In this document: piece after piece, positions 63,740 to 64,000 of the stretch | Position numbering within the stretch: the first letter of the stretch is position 1 | How the letters are laid out: the number at the start of each line of letters is the position of its first letter | The notes under the pieces: generated by a model | The model's input: only the letters and a program-made list of their open reading frames with translations | What the model was told of the DNA's origin: nothing | Database searches by the model: none | Translations under genes and position numbers: made by a program | From: Terriglobia bacterium | Lineage (GTDB): Bacteria; Acidobacteriota; Terriglobia; Terriglobales; Acidobacteriaceae | Length of the DNA stretch: 64,000 nucleotides | Assembly (NCBI GenBank): GCA_963742495.1 | Contig: CAVULZ010000006.1 | Span: forward strand, 93,428 to 157,427 | Direction of reading: 5' to 3'

Positions 63740-64000
63740 ATGATGTGGGCGCGAGCGTCCGCGCTCGTGCAAAAGCCGCCACCGTCGGTCTTTTTCGTCC
63801 ACCCCAAACGACGCAGGGGCGGACGCCCAGGGCCGCCCAGCGGAGTGAAGCTCCGCCAGCCGCAGTCTCAAATCGAAGCGGACGAAAGCAAGCGAAGGGC
63901 CGATGTATTCCGCCGGTGACTGAGCCCTCTCCGTCTTCAAACTCTGCCTGCAATCGGAGTCACGTGGAATCCCAGGTTTCAAAAACCGAAACCTGGGGCA

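Noticed and set aside
63740-64000. Structured non-coding tail after the second receptor gene, with a cgagcg-tccg-cgctcg hairpin near 63748-63763 and a cccaggttt-9 nt-aaacctggg hairpin at 63971-63997. ORFs 63701..63982 and 63738..63953 also lie here.
   Set aside because: The ORFs are Arg/Pro/Ala-rich and not protein-like. The hairpins are single occurrences at the window edge with no second copy in the window, so no repeat family or function can be supported.

Overview
This is a GC-rich bacterial chromosomal segment. Its gene content looks Acidobacteriota/Terriglobia-like: carboxypeptidase-regulatory-domain TonB-dependent receptors, a TIGR03436-type VWA protein, a CRTAC1/ASPIC protein and many TPR proteins. 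That taxonomic call is inference from gene families only. Positions 1-35.2 kb are ordinary chromosome. They hold a 7-heme c-type cytochrome apparently frameshifted away from its TPR tail, two large TonB-dependent receptors, and a run of secreted glycoside hydrolases (COG3408-like, GH31, GH16-TIG, GH27/36-like-PKD). They also hold an AraC / methyltransferase / PLP-decarboxylase group with a decayed ATP-grasp gene, and a YtrA-type GntR-ABC operon preceded by a perfect 24-bp palindrome. Positions 35,281-56,779 are a ~21.5-kb integrative mobilizable element inserted in tRNA-Lys(CUU). It is bounded by 46-bp direct repeats (44/46 identical, and the two mismatches are base-paired T-stem partners). 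It carries a tyrosine integrase, Xis-like HTH, MOBF/TrwC-type relaxase, MobC-like protein, HigBA-like TA pair and an AAA/DUF4143 ATPase. It also carries an IS110 remnant and three MocR-regulator modules paired with EamA/DoxX/VOC/cupin cargo. No T4SS or coupling protein is present. The most unusual signal is two copies inside the element of a ~150-nt long-hairpin element with compensatory substitutions and embedded sigma70-like -35/-10 hexamers. This could be an ssDNA promoter/priming site, a structured ncRNA or a palindromic repeat. Right of the tRNA lie an integrase remnant, a PilZ protein, a TPR protein and a second TonB-dependent receptor. No rRNA genes or CRISPR arrays were seen. All family assignments come from motif recognition by eye; no searches were run.
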